IMG/VR virus record: IMGVR_UViG_3300008108_000006
Origin: a virus
Taxonomy: Duplodnaviria > Heunggongvirae > Uroviricota > Caudoviricetes
Reading direction: 5' to 3' (one strand)
Length of the DNA: 64,000 bases
Positions within the stretch are counted from its first letter, which is position 1, and every line of letters starts with the position of its first letter. A program made the translations under genes and the position numbers. The notes beneath the pieces are model-generated. The model saw only the letters and a list, made by a program, of their open reading frames with translations. It ran no database searches and had not been told where the DNA came from. Shown here piece by piece: positions 21,197-31,462 of this stretch.

Positions 21197-22099
21197 ATGA
21201 AGATCTATGACAGTTTTTTATTCTTTAATGAACTTGATTTATTAGAGATTAGATTAAATATGGTATATCCAATAGTGGACCATATAATTATTAGTGAGTG
21301 TGATACCACATTTTCAGGTTTAAAGAAACCATTTTACTTTGAGGAAAACAAGAAGAATTTTGAACCCTTTTTAGATAAAATAATACATCTAAAACATACA
21401 AATGTTGACGATTATAATGTCGTTGAGGTTAGTTACCCCGGTAAGGATGAACCCATGTTTCATGAGATATTAACACATTATAAACGAAATATCCCTGAGT
21501 TTGGTGGTTTACCAAATTGGCATAGAGATTTCCTACATAGAGAATTGGTTAAAATGGGTATGAAAGATTGTGATGATGAAGATATTATAATTTTTAGCGA
21601 TTTAGATGAAATACCTAACCCTGTTAAAGTTATGGAAATTTTAAACACTATGGACTTAGAAAAGAATTATTGTTTGTTAGGTGATTGTCACAATTTTTAT
21701 GTTAATAATATTTGTCACACAAATTGGTATGGCCCTGTTATTACCAAATTTAAGAATTTGAGAGGTAAATCAATTGGTGAATTCCGATTACAAAGATATA
21801 ATTTTGAATTGATTGAGGATTCTTCTTGGCATTTAAGTTTTGTTGGTGGTCCTGATAGAATTAAAACTAAGATAGTTAGTTGGGGTCATCAGGAATTTAA
21901 CAATCCTGAGATCATAAATGGGGTGACTAATAAATTAGACACCAATAGAGATTTATTTAATAGGACAAATAACACATATAAGGATTCTAAACAAATTTTT
22001 TTCTTTGAAAAGATGAAAACCATTAATATAAATGGTTATTATCCTGAAGATATTGTTATCTTAATAGAAGATAAATTTCCTTATTTAATTAAAAAATAA
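21197..22099 (+). CDS. GT17-like (beta-1,4-GlcNAc transferase-like) glycosyltransferase
   Basis: YD-x-F-x-FFNELDLLEIR, TFSG-x-KP, SDLDEIP, WHLSF. Confidence 0.85.
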   Translation: MKIYDSFLFFNELDLLEIRLNMVYPIVDHIIISECDTTFSGLKKPFYFEENKKNFEPFLDKIIHLKHTNVDDYNVVEVSYPGKDEPMFHEILTHYKRNIPEFGGLPNWHRDFLHRELVKMGMKDCDDEDIIIFSDLDEIPNPVKVMEILNTMDLEKNYCLLGDCHNFYVNNICHTNWYGPVITKFKNLRGKSIGEFRLQRYNFELIEDSSWHLSFVGGPDRIKTKIVSWGHQEFNNPEIINGVTNKLDTNRDLFNRTNNTYKDSKQIFFFEKMKTININGYYPEDIVILIEDKFPYLIKK

Positions 22100-22105
22100 A
22101 AAAAT

Positions 22106-24661
22106 ATGAAAAAAATAGTGGTAATCGGTGGATTAGGTTACATCGGAACTGAACTTTGTAAATTACTATCAGGAGAATCTTGGTATCATAACATCATAGT
22201 AATTGATAGTCGGTTCATGTCAGATAAAGTAAGACAGATTAGAGATTGGGGTATGGAGTTTATCCAAGGGTCTATCTTAGATGAAGATTTACTATCTAAC
22301 GTTTTAAAAGATTCTGACATTGTGTATCATTTAGCCGGAATAACTGATGTCGCATATACTAAAACTGAAAGTAATAAAGAAAAAGATGATGAGATCAAAC
22401 GAGTTGGTATTGATGGAACGCGTAATGTTATTAAACATACACCAAAAAACGCAAAAATCATTTTCCCATCAACTCACGTTGTTTATGAAGGGTTTGAAAC
22501 GACAATGTTTGATTTGGAGGAATCAGTACCAACTAAACCTGTTTTAACATACTCTACAGGTAAAGATGTATCAGAAAAAGATCTATTCACATCCGATAAA
22601 AACTTCATAATAATGAGATTATCATCGGTTTATGGGTTATCTAGTGATACAATGAGAACTAACATTATGCCTAATTTATTCTCAAAAATAACATCACAAA
22701 ATGGAGTCATTAAATTGTTTTCAGGTGGAATACAAATTAAAAGCCTAGTTTCGGTATTTGATGTCGTTAGAGCAATGAAACACTTATCAGAGTCTAATTA
22801 CAACCGAGAAATTTTCCATATATCAAAAGAAAATGTTACGATAAAATCAGTTGCTGAAATATGTAAAAAAATAAACCCGAAGGTCTCAATAATAGAGACT
22901 GAGGACGAGATCCCTAATTTAGGATACACCATATCCAATAAAAAGTTATTATCAACAGGATTTGAATTTAAGTATAATTTAGAAACTTGTATAAAAGAAA
23001 TGATTAATTCTTGGTCAAAAAAAGATTTATTGGATGACTTAGAATTTAAACTTAAAGGTGGTAAAGAATTTATTGACGATAGGGGTAAAATATTAAACTA
23101 TGAATTAACAGAACCTATAAATCTTATAGGTTATATTGAATCAAAAAAAGGTACAATTAGAGCAAATCACTACCATCCTGTACAAGAACAAAAATGTTTA
23201 TTAATTAAAGGAAAATATATCAGTGTTACAAAAAATCTTATGGATGAAAATTCCATAATAGAAACTAGAATTATTAATGAAGGTGATATCGCGGTAATTA
23301 AACCGAATGTTGCACACACTATGGTTTTTACCGAAGATTCTATTTTTCTTAATTTAGTTAGAGGTGAAAGAGAACATGAAAATTACGGGATAACTCACAC
23401 AATACCGTATAAATTAGTTGATGATAAACTACGAGATATTTTACTCAATAACTATAAAATGGAGTGTAGATCTTGCGGGAACACCGAAATGTTAGATGTA
23501 ATTTCACTTGGTTTATCACCATTGGCTAATAATTTAATAAACAATACGTCAGATGACATTTCAAAATATCCTTTAGAATTAAAACACTGTGAGAAGTGTT
23601 TCAATACCCAACTATCTTGTGTTGTTGAACAAGAAAAGATGTTTGATGAATATTTGTACTTGTCATCAACCACTAATTCATTTAAAGATCATTTTAACAT
23701 TGCCGCTGAAAAATATATTAAAGATTTTAACTTGAATGAGGAATCATTAGTTATTGATATTGGTAGTAATGATGGTATTGCTTTAAGAAAGTTTAAGGAA
23801 AAGAATATTAACGTATTAGGTGTAGAACCCGCAAAAAATGTTTCATTAATTGCAAATGAATCAGGTATTAACACAATTAATGGTTATTTTGATGACAAAA
23901 CTTGTAACTATATATTAAGTAATTACAAATTATCTGACCTTATATTAGCATCAAATGTTTTTGCACATTCTGATTATCTTAAATCAATTACACATAACGC
24001 ATTCAAACTACTAAAAGATGGTGGAACATTTATTGTTGAAGTTCAATATCTAAAAAACACAATTGAGGATCTAACCTTTGACAATATTTACCATGAACAT
24101 GTTAACTATTGGTCGTTGAACTCTATAATCCATTTTATGAACAATCTATGTTATTGTGTTTATAACTCAGAATGGGTAAACACTCATGGGGGTTCAATTA
24201 GAGTTTACATTTCTAAAACCAAACAGGAAATGACAACATCTTTGATAGATATGATTAATGATGAAAAAAATAGTAAAATAAATGACTATGATGTATTAAA
24301 AACTTTTAAAAAATCGGTTGAGTCTCTAAAGAATAATACATTATCTAATATAAAAAAATTAAAGGATTCAGGTAAAGTGATTGCGTGTTACGGGTCACCT
24401 GCAAAAGCAACAACCTTGTTGAACTATTTCGGTATTGATGATCGTTATATTTCATACACTATTGAGGATAATAAACTTAAACAAGGTAAATACATTCCCG
24501 GTGTTAATATCCCTATAGTATCTAAAACACATAGTTTAGAAAATTTACCAAATGTTGTAATTGTATTAGCGTGGAATTTTTATGATGAAATCGTTAAGAA
24601 TAATAAAGACCTTATTGAAAAAGGGGTTGAGTTTATCAATATTAAAGATTTATCCCAATGA
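22106..24661 (+). CDS. Trifunctional SDR epimerase / cupin / sugar C-methyltransferase fusion
   Basis: GGLGYIG...YSTGK; cupin RANHYH...AH; CRSCG...CEKC zinc site, DIGSNDG, YHEH, HGGSIR, YGSPAK, LAWN. Confidence 0.85.
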   Translation: MKKIVVIGGLGYIGTELCKLLSGESWYHNIIVIDSRFMSDKVRQIRDWGMEFIQGSILDEDLLSNVLKDSDIVYHLAGITDVAYTKTESNKEKDDEIKRVGIDGTRNVIKHTPKNAKIIFPSTHVVYEGFETTMFDLEESVPTKPVLTYSTGKDVSEKDLFTSDKNFIIMRLSSVYGLSSDTMRTNIMPNLFSKITSQNGVIKLFSGGIQIKSLVSVFDVVRAMKHLSESNYNREIFHISKENVTIKSVAEICKKINPKVSIIETEDEIPNLGYTISNKKLLSTGFEFKYNLETCIKEMINSWSKKDLLDDLEFKLKGGKEFIDDRGKILNYELTEPINLIGYIESKKGTIRANHYHPVQEQKCLLIKGKYISVTKNLMDENSIIETRIINEGDIAVIKPNVAHTMVFTEDSIFLNLVRGEREHENYGITHTIPYKLVDDKLRDILLNNYKMECRSCGNTEMLDVISLGLSPLANNLINNTSDDISKYPLELKHCEKCFNTQLSCVVEQEKMFDEYLYLSSTTNSFKDHFNIAAEKYIKDFNLNEESLVIDIGSNDGIALRKFKEKNINVLGVEPAKNVSLIANESGINTINGYFDDKTCNYILSNYKLSDLILASNVFAHSDYLKSITHNAFKLLKDGGTFIVEVQYLKNTIEDLTFDNIYHEHVNYWSLNSIIHFMNNLCYCVYNSEWVNTHGGSIRVYISKTKQEMTTSLIDMINDEKNSKINDYDVLKTFKKSVESLKNNTLSNIKKLKDSGKVIACYGSPAKATTLLNYFGIDDRYISYTIEDNKLKQGKYIPGVNIPIVSKTHSLENLPNVVIVLAWNFYDEIVKNNKDLIEKGVEFINIKDLSQ

Positions 24662-25629
24662 GTAGAATTTTAGACCCAACATTTATATCAAATAGTGTAG
24701 ATTATTCGTTTGGTGATCAATCAGGTTACCATAACGGTATTTGTGAATTTAAAAATGCAAATATTAAAAACTTAGAATTTTTAGAAGTATATAATAGAAT
24801 AAAGTCTGAAAAAAATGTAATGACATTATTTATTGACAATATTCGGTTATACTCACGAAAAAATATCAAATATACCGCAATAGAATTGATTAATGAGTAT
24901 AATAAAAACGCTAAGGATAACATCGTTCAACAATATTACTATTCAGACAATGAACAAAATCTTTTAAAGTTATGTTCTCAGTTGCCTGATATGAATTTTA
25001 TAATTTTCACAGGGTTTGAGGATACCCCCATAGATGAGGACATATTTGAAAATATCCCTCAAAATGTTTTGAGGATTTATGCATCCAACGCGATTGTTTT
25101 TGGTGGTAAGGTAATTCCAATACCTTACGGTGTCCAACGAAAATTACATCAATTTGACAATAGACATGATATTATTCTAAGATATTCTAACAATAGTATT
25201 GAACCTATAAAACTTCTATACGTTAACCACACCAACCATAATAATGAACGTGCATTAATTTATGAAATGTTATCTAATAAACCTTGGGTAACTTGTGCAA
25301 CCTCATCAGGTGTTCACAATTATGAAAATTACTTAACAAACATATTAAATCATAAGTTTATGATATGTCCAGACGGTAACGCTATCGGTTGTGAATGTCA
25401 TAGAGATTGGGAGGTATTATATATGGGTAGGGTACCGATCGTTAAAGATTCGGAATATCTTAGAACCATCTTTAAGGGATTACCCGTACTTTTTGTAAAA
25501 TCATTTAGTGATGTCACTGAAGAATTATTAATTGAAAATGATTTTTTGTATGATATGGCTAAAAAATTAGATAAAAATATGTTATCTTATGATAACTTAA
25601 TAAATGATGAAATTTTAATTAAAAATTAA
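24658..25629 (+). CDS. Exostosin/GT47-like glycosyltransferase
   Basis: HKFMICPDGN...CHR-x-WE-x-LY-x-G-x-VPIV. Confidence 0.65.
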   Translation: MSRILDPTFISNSVDYSFGDQSGYHNGICEFKNANIKNLEFLEVYNRIKSEKNVMTLFIDNIRLYSRKNIKYTAIELINEYNKNAKDNIVQQYYYSDNEQNLLKLCSQLPDMNFIIFTGFEDTPIDEDIFENIPQNVLRIYASNAIVFGGKVIPIPYGVQRKLHQFDNRHDIILRYSNNSIEPIKLLYVNHTNHNNERALIYEMLSNKPWVTCATSSGVHNYENYLTNILNHKFMICPDGNAIGCECHRDWEVLYMGRVPIVKDSEYLRTIFKGLPVLFVKSFSDVTEELLIENDFLYDMAKKLDKNMLSYDNLINDEILIKN

Positions 25630-26301
25630 ATGGAAAATAACACAAAAATTAAAGAGTTTTTAGAATTAAATAAAGGCGAATTTGACCAATGGTTAGTTCA
25701 TAACGATCAGGGTAGAGTTGAATTAAAAGTGTTACCTTATTTACAGGATATTGAGAATGGTGTATTTGTTGAGGCGGGTGCACATGACGGACTTTTTCAG
25801 TCCAATACTAAAATTCTTGAGGATCTTGGTTGGACCGGTTTATTAATTGAACCATCAAAGTCTGTATATGAACAATGTAAAATTAACCGAACTTCGTTTG
25901 TTGAGAATTGTGCTTTAGTATCATTTGACTATCAGAATCCGTTGATTAGTGGTAACTTTGATGGGACCCCTAGATCTGTAGTTAATCCGAATTCAAACAT
26001 CGTGTCTAACGCAAGAACTTTAGATTCATTACTAACAGAAAAAAATATTAAACATGTTGATTTTCTTAGTTTAGATGTTGAAGGTTATGAGATTGAGGTT
26101 TTGAAGGGTATTAATTTTGATACAACAACTTTTGGGTTTATGTTGATTGAGGTTAATTCCGATAGTTACACATTAGAATTTTTAGAAAATTTCTTATTAG
26201 AAAAGGGATATAAAAACATCAAAAATATTTCAAACTTTAGATTTGATAATACCCCAGGATGGCCTGGGAACCACCAAGATTATTTATTTGTAAAAATCTA
26301 A
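25630..26301 (+). CDS. FkbM-family methyltransferase
   Basis: FVEAGAHDG-x3-SNT, GWTGLLIEP, DFLSLDVEGYE. Confidence 0.9.
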   Translation: MENNTKIKEFLELNKGEFDQWLVHNDQGRVELKVLPYLQDIENGVFVEAGAHDGLFQSNTKILEDLGWTGLLIEPSKSVYEQCKINRTSFVENCALVSFDYQNPLISGNFDGTPRSVVNPNSNIVSNARTLDSLLTEKNIKHVDFLSLDVEGYEIEVLKGINFDTTTFGFMLIEVNSDSYTLEFLENFLLEKGYKNIKNISNFRFDNTPGWPGNHQDYLFVKI

Positions 26302-26303
26302 GA

Positions 26304-27275
26304 ATGAAAAAATCATTGATAACCGGTATTAACGGTCAAGATGGGAGTTACCTGTGTGAATTTTTATTAAATAAAGGTTACGAAGTTCATGGAACCTTAA
26401 AAAGAAATTCTGTTTCAGAAAACCAAACATCTCGGTTAGACCATGTATATGATAAAGTCATATTACATTACGCTGATTTAACAGATATGTCATCACTAAT
26501 TTCTGTAATTCAGAAAGTGATGCCTGATGAAATTTATAATTTAGCAGCACAATCACACGTTAGAATTTCATTTGACCAACCATTATACACCGCAAATGTT
26601 ACTGGTATAGGGACACTGAATTTATTAGAAGCGGTTAAACTCATCAAACCCGACACTAAGATTTACCAAGCATCCTCATCTGAGATGTTTGGTAATTCTA
26701 TAGATCCTGATGGATTTCAAAGAGAAACAACACCGATGAATCCTGTTTCACCTTATGGTTGTGCTAAGGTATTTAGTTACAACATATGTCGTAATTATAG
26801 AAATTCATATGGTATGTTCATCTCTAACGGTATTCTATTTAATCACGAATCACCAAGACGAGGAACTAATTTTGTAACTAACAAAGTTTGTAAAGAAGCG
26901 GTAAAAATCAAATTAGGTTTATCCAATGAACTAAAATTAGGAAATCTTGATGCTACAAGAGATTGGGGACACGCCAAAGATTATGTGAAAGCCATGTGGG
27001 AAATATTACAATTAGAGGATCCTGATGATTTTGTATGTTCTACGGGGGTATCACATTCAGTAAAAGAATTATGTGAATATGTTTTCACAAAACTTGGGTT
27101 AGAATGGTCTGAATACGTTAAACAAGATGAGAAGTTCTTAAGACCTGAAGAATTAAATGACTTAAAGGGTGACTCAACTAAATTAAAAAATAAGACCGGA
27201 TGGGTTCATGATTATACTTTTGAATCTATGTTGGATGAAATGATAGAATATTGGTTAGCTTATTATGGAAAATAA
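26304..27275 (+). CDS. gmd: GDP-mannose 4,6-dehydratase
   Basis: LITGINGQDGSYL, YNLAAQSHV, YQASSSE, SPYGCAK, LFNHESPRRG, RDWGHA. Confidence 0.95.
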   Translation: MKKSLITGINGQDGSYLCEFLLNKGYEVHGTLKRNSVSENQTSRLDHVYDKVILHYADLTDMSSLISVIQKVMPDEIYNLAAQSHVRISFDQPLYTANVTGIGTLNLLEAVKLIKPDTKIYQASSSEMFGNSIDPDGFQRETTPMNPVSPYGCAKVFSYNICRNYRNSYGMFISNGILFNHESPRRGTNFVTNKVCKEAVKIKLGLSNELKLGNLDATRDWGHAKDYVKAMWEILQLEDPDDFVCSTGVSHSVKELCEYVFTKLGLEWSEYVKQDEKFLRPEELNDLKGDSTKLKNKTGWVHDYTFESMLDEMIEYWLAYYGK

Positions 27276-28017
27276 AATATTAGTAACAGGTAAGGGTCTT
27301 ATCGGATCTGAATTTACCGATGTGACTAAAACCGGATCTGAGTTTGATTTGAGAAACAAAATTGTGTCAGATGATTTAATTTATCATCACACTCCAAAGT
27401 ATGTTATTCATACCGCGGGTAAAGTTGGGGGTTTAGGTGCTAATATGAATATGTTAGGTGAATTCTATTATGACAATATCATGATGAATACTAATATCAT
27501 TGAAAGTTGTAGAATTTATGGTGTTGAGAAACTAATATGTTTCTTATCTACTTGTGTTTTTCCTGATAATGTCGAATATCCTTTAAACGATAACTATAAC
27601 TTAGAAAATGGACACGTTATTCCATCTTTAATACATAAAACTTATTTAGCTAAGAAAAATAATACCGATCTAATTATTTGGGGATCGGGTGAACCATTAA
27701 GGGAATTCATATATTCAAAAGACGTTGCTAAAATTTGTATGATCCTTCTTGAAAAATATGATAATACGGAACCTATAATTCTATCCACATCGCAAGAAAT
27801 AACAATACGTGAAGTTGTTGAAATGATTGTGGATATTATGGAGTTTAAAGGTAACGTTATTTATGATACCACAAAACCCGATGGTCAATATAGAAAACCA
27901 TCTGATAATACAAAACTTTTATCTATTATTGGTGACTTTGAGTTTACCCCAATAAGAAAAGGTCTCGAGGAGACTATTGAATTTTTTGTAAAAAACTATA
28001 ATATTTTAAGAAAATAA
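27265..28017 (+). CDS. fcl: GDP-L-fucose synthase carrying an in-frame internal deletion (catalytic YxxxK segment absent)
   Basis: AGKVGG, STCVFP, HVIPSLI, WGSGEPLREF, KPDG present; EYPL joins directly to NDNY. Confidence 0.8.
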   Translation: MENKILVTGKGLIGSEFTDVTKTGSEFDLRNKIVSDDLIYHHTPKYVIHTAGKVGGLGANMNMLGEFYYDNIMMNTNIIESCRIYGVEKLICFLSTCVFPDNVEYPLNDNYNLENGHVIPSLIHKTYLAKKNNTDLIIWGSGEPLREFIYSKDVAKICMILLEKYDNTEPIILSTSQEITIREVVEMIVDIMEFKGNVIYDTTKPDGQYRKPSDNTKLLSIIGDFEFTPIRKGLEETIEFFVKNYNILRK

Positions 28018-28021
28018 TTAA

Positions 28022-28741
28022 ATGACTAGACGTAAATCAAATTTGTCTTTGGAGGAATCAAAACCTTTATCAAAAAAGGACATTATTAACAAAATTGTTA
28101 CAAAGAAATCAAAAGATAAATTTTTAACAGATAATCAAAAAAAGTATTATGATACTTTGGTTAGTAACCAAATAACTATCTGTTCAGGTCCTGCGGGTGT
28201 TGGTAAATCATTTATCGCGATGAAAGCCGCGGTGGATTTATTGGTTGATCACAACACACCATATGAAAAAATTATCATTGTAAGACCGGCTGTTGAAGCA
28301 GAAGAAAAGTTAGGTGCTTTACCCGGTAATTTAGAAGAAAAGTTGGATCCGTATATCTTCCCATCCTATTACCTATTAAGTAAAATTATTGGTAAAGACG
28401 CTAAAGAAAAATTGGTAGAAAATGAGGTGGTTGAGGTATTCGCATTGGCTTATATGAGAGGTATGAACATTGACAACTCTATCTTAATCTTCGAGGAGGG
28501 TCAAAACGCAACTCCTAAGCAAATGAAATTACTTATGACACGTATTGGGTATAACAGTAAGTTTTTCATCTCAGGTGACCTAGAACAGACTGATAGGTAT
28601 AAAGAAAAAACACAATCGGGATTGTACGACGCACTTCAGAGATTTAACGATATCAACGACATTGGTATCTTTGAATTCTCAAATGAGGACGTAGTTAGAA
28701 ACCCACTTATTTCTAAAATATTAAAAAAATACGAAGAATGA
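28022..28741 (+). CDS. phoH: PhoH-like ATPase
   Basis: GPAGVGKS, RPAVE, LG-x-LPG, AYMRG, EE-x-QN, GD-x2-Q-x-D, DVVRNP. Confidence 0.93.
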   Translation: MTRRKSNLSLEESKPLSKKDIINKIVTKKSKDKFLTDNQKKYYDTLVSNQITICSGPAGVGKSFIAMKAAVDLLVDHNTPYEKIIIVRPAVEAEEKLGALPGNLEEKLDPYIFPSYYLLSKIIGKDAKEKLVENEVVEVFALAYMRGMNIDNSILIFEEGQNATPKQMKLLMTRIGYNSKFFISGDLEQTDRYKEKTQSGLYDALQRFNDINDIGIFEFSNEDVVRNPLISKILKKYEE

Positions 28742-29334
28742 GGATTGGTATTGATGTAAATGGTGTTCTTCGGGACACCATCGGTAAATTCAAACAAACT
28801 TATGAAAAATTTTTGATCGAGAAATCTGAGGTTTTTGAAAATGACGAGTTTGAATATAAAATCACAGAACCTATTGATTCACTAACTTTGACTAATCACT
28901 TTACATTTAAGGATGAAGAGGAGTATTTGTCATTTATGTTTGAAGAATTTCCAATGCAGATTTTTGGTCACGCAGGTTCCACAGAACTTTCAACCTTTCA
29001 CGATTTACAAGATTTTTATTTGGAAAATAGGGATAAACATGAAATAACTATATTTTCACAAGAAAAGGGTAAAACTAAACCTGCCACCCTGTTTTTCCTG
29101 TCTAAATTTGGTTGTGAGGTAGAATCTGTTAAATTTTATAATCAAACAACCGTAGATAGACTTTGGGAAGATTATGATTTAATTTTAACAAGTGACCCCG
29201 AATTACTTTCAAAAGTTACAATTTTTACTATATTGATAAAATATAATACTGAATATAATAAAAACAGTAAAATTACTTGGAACGTTGACACGTTTAAGGA
29301 ATTTAACGAACTAATTAAAAAAGAAATAAAATGA
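28738..29334 (+). CDS. HAD-like 5'(3')-nucleotidase-related protein (degenerate motif)
   Basis: N-terminal IGIDVNGVLRD (DxN instead of DxD). Confidence 0.55.
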   Translation: MRIGIDVNGVLRDTIGKFKQTYEKFLIEKSEVFENDEFEYKITEPIDSLTLTNHFTFKDEEEYLSFMFEEFPMQIFGHAGSTELSTFHDLQDFYLENRDKHEITIFSQEKGKTKPATLFFLSKFGCEVESVKFYNQTTVDRLWEDYDLILTSDPELLSKVTIFTILIKYNTEYNKNSKITWNVDTFKEFNELIKKEIK

Positions 29335-29606
29335 TTGAATTATTCGGAGAACACTATTTTATCGATATTGAAAAAATAGAACAATTCATTAACATCCCTA
29401 AACAAGAAACTGTTAGTGGTGATACGGGAGAACAACATATCAGTGTTGTTAAATACGAGGTGGTTAAAACCATGATCGATGTTGTTATGGGTGAGGAAGA
29501 AGACTTTGATGATAACTTAGGACTTAAAAGTGCTAAGAACGCATCACTACCTTTCAAACTAGCTTTCAACACAATGCTTAAACATAAATTTATTGAACAC
29601 TTATAA
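29331..29606 (+). CDS. Hypothetical phage protein
   Basis: 91-aa ORF overlapping the upstream stop. Confidence 0.75.
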   Translation: MIELFGEHYFIDIEKIEQFINIPKQETVSGDTGEQHISVVKYEVVKTMIDVVMGEEEDFDDNLGLKSAKNASLPFKLAFNTMLKHKFIEHL

Positions 29607-29607
29607 T

Positions 29608-30654
29608 ATGGATCAAAATTTGATTGAAAAAGTAAAATTGTCTATTTCGAACATAGAATCTAAAAAATTTAGAATTTATTTCTTTGTTCAAGACACAAAA
29701 GGAAACGCCAAAGCGTCCTTATCATACATCTATCGTATGGCAATGTCATTAAAAACCGAAGGTTATAATCCGATCATGTTACATGAAAAACCCGACTACA
29801 TTAAGGTAGGTGAATGGTTAGGTGCTGAGTTTGACGAACTTGAGCATCAATCTGTTGAGGGTCAAAATTTGGCTATCGCTCCCGAAGATATTTTAGTTAT
29901 TCCTGAAATATTTGGTTATGTGATGGAACAAGTTGCAAATCTTCCTTGCGGAAAGATCGTTTTATGTCAAGCATATGATCATGTGTTTGAAACCTTAGCA
30001 CCAGGTACAACATGGAACCAATTTGGATTTTTGAAGTGTGTTGTTACGTCAGAAAACATGAAGAATTATATGGACGATATTATGAAAAGTATTTCATATA
30101 CAATTATCGAACCAATAATTTCCCAACATTTCACTAAAGACAAGTATCCCGCAAAACCAATCGTCGCGGTTCATTCAAGAGAACAAAGAGATGGACTAAA
30201 CTTCATCAAACAGTTTTATTTGAAATTTCCACAATTTAGATGGGTTACCTTCCGTGATATGAGAGGTATGTCAGAGGAACAATTGGCTAACACCATTAAA
30301 GATTGTTTCGTATCGGTTTGGATTGACCCCACGAGTTCTTTTGGGACTTATCCATTAGAATCTATGAAAATGGGGGTTCCGGTAATTGGTAAGACACCTA
30401 ATTTGAAACATGAATGGATGAAACAAGAAAACGGTGTTTGGGTAGAGAATCAATTAGATATGGTTAATGTTTTGGCTAATTATTTACAAAATTGGTTGGA
30501 AGATAACATTAATTCAGAATTATACACTAATGGTATTGAAACTGCGGAAAAATTTAGTAATAATGAAAAATTCTCTAAGGAAGTTGTTGCATTATTCAGT
30601 GACTTTTCAAATAAACGTAAAGACGTATTCAGTCAGCAATTAAACAATCAATAA
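29608..30654 (+). CDS. GT-B-like glycosyltransferase
   Basis: LVIPE; SSFGTYPLESM-x-MGVPVIG resembles the GT4 E-x7-E region. Confidence 0.7.
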   Translation: MDQNLIEKVKLSISNIESKKFRIYFFVQDTKGNAKASLSYIYRMAMSLKTEGYNPIMLHEKPDYIKVGEWLGAEFDELEHQSVEGQNLAIAPEDILVIPEIFGYVMEQVANLPCGKIVLCQAYDHVFETLAPGTTWNQFGFLKCVVTSENMKNYMDDIMKSISYTIIEPIISQHFTKDKYPAKPIVAVHSREQRDGLNFIKQFYLKFPQFRWVTFRDMRGMSEEQLANTIKDCFVSVWIDPTSSFGTYPLESMKMGVPVIGKTPNLKHEWMKQENGVWVENQLDMVNVLANYLQNWLEDNINSELYTNGIETAEKFSNNEKFSKEVVALFSDFSNKRKDVFSQQLNNQ

Positions 30655-30655
30655 T

Positions 30656-31462
30656 ATGGAAAACAAATTTGATATATCAGTAATACTACCAATTAAATCT
30701 TCTAAGGTTAAAGATTTTGACACTTACTTTGAAAAATCAATCAACTCTTTGAGATTACAAAAGGTTTCATTGAATGAGGTTATCATTGTTCCAACACAAG
30801 AAGAATCTCTAAACACTTTATTAAAAAGTTATGACTTTGGGGATCTTAATGTAAAGATCGTTCCTTTTGTGGGTGAACCTAATTTTGCATCTCAGGTTAA
30901 TTTTGGGGTCGAAAACGCAACATCTAAATGGATTTCTATTTTGGAATTTGATGACGAATATGCAACAATATGGTTTGATAATGTGAAAAAATATGATGAG
31001 ATCTATCAAGATGAGGTTGATGCTTATCTTCCTATTGTTGTGGATGTTGATAATAAAGGGGTGTTTGCCGGTTTTACAAATGAAGCAACATTCGCAGCGG
31101 GATTTACAACAGAGATTGGTTATTTAACCAACGACATGTTACACGACTATCAAAACTTCCAAAGTTCGGGAATGGTTATGAAAAGAGAACAATTTTTAGA
31201 TTTTGGTGGAATCAAACCATCTATGAAACTAACCTTTGTTTATGAGTTCTTGTTGCGAATGACCTACAATTCGGTTAAAATCATGACAATCCCAAAGATG
31301 GGATATAAGCACGAAAATTTAAGAGAAGGTTCTATTTTTTGGAATTATAAATTTGGTGAAGATAAAATTGTCGATGATGAGGTTAAGTTTTGGTTAAATA
31401 CCGCAAAAAAAGAATATTTCTTTAATCAGGATAGAAGCATAAAATACGAACCTATTTCTTAA
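30656..31462 (+). CDS. GT2-like glycosyltransferase
   Basis: ISVILPI, N-x-G, W-x-SILEFDD. Confidence 0.75.
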   Translation: MENKFDISVILPIKSSKVKDFDTYFEKSINSLRLQKVSLNEVIIVPTQEESLNTLLKSYDFGDLNVKIVPFVGEPNFASQVNFGVENATSKWISILEFDDEYATIWFDNVKKYDEIYQDEVDAYLPIVVDVDNKGVFAGFTNEATFAAGFTTEIGYLTNDMLHDYQNFQSSGMVMKREQFLDFGGIKPSMKLTFVYEFLLRMTYNSVKIMTIPKMGYKHENLREGSIFWNYKFGEDKIVDDEVKFWLNTAKKEYFFNQDRSIKYEPIS

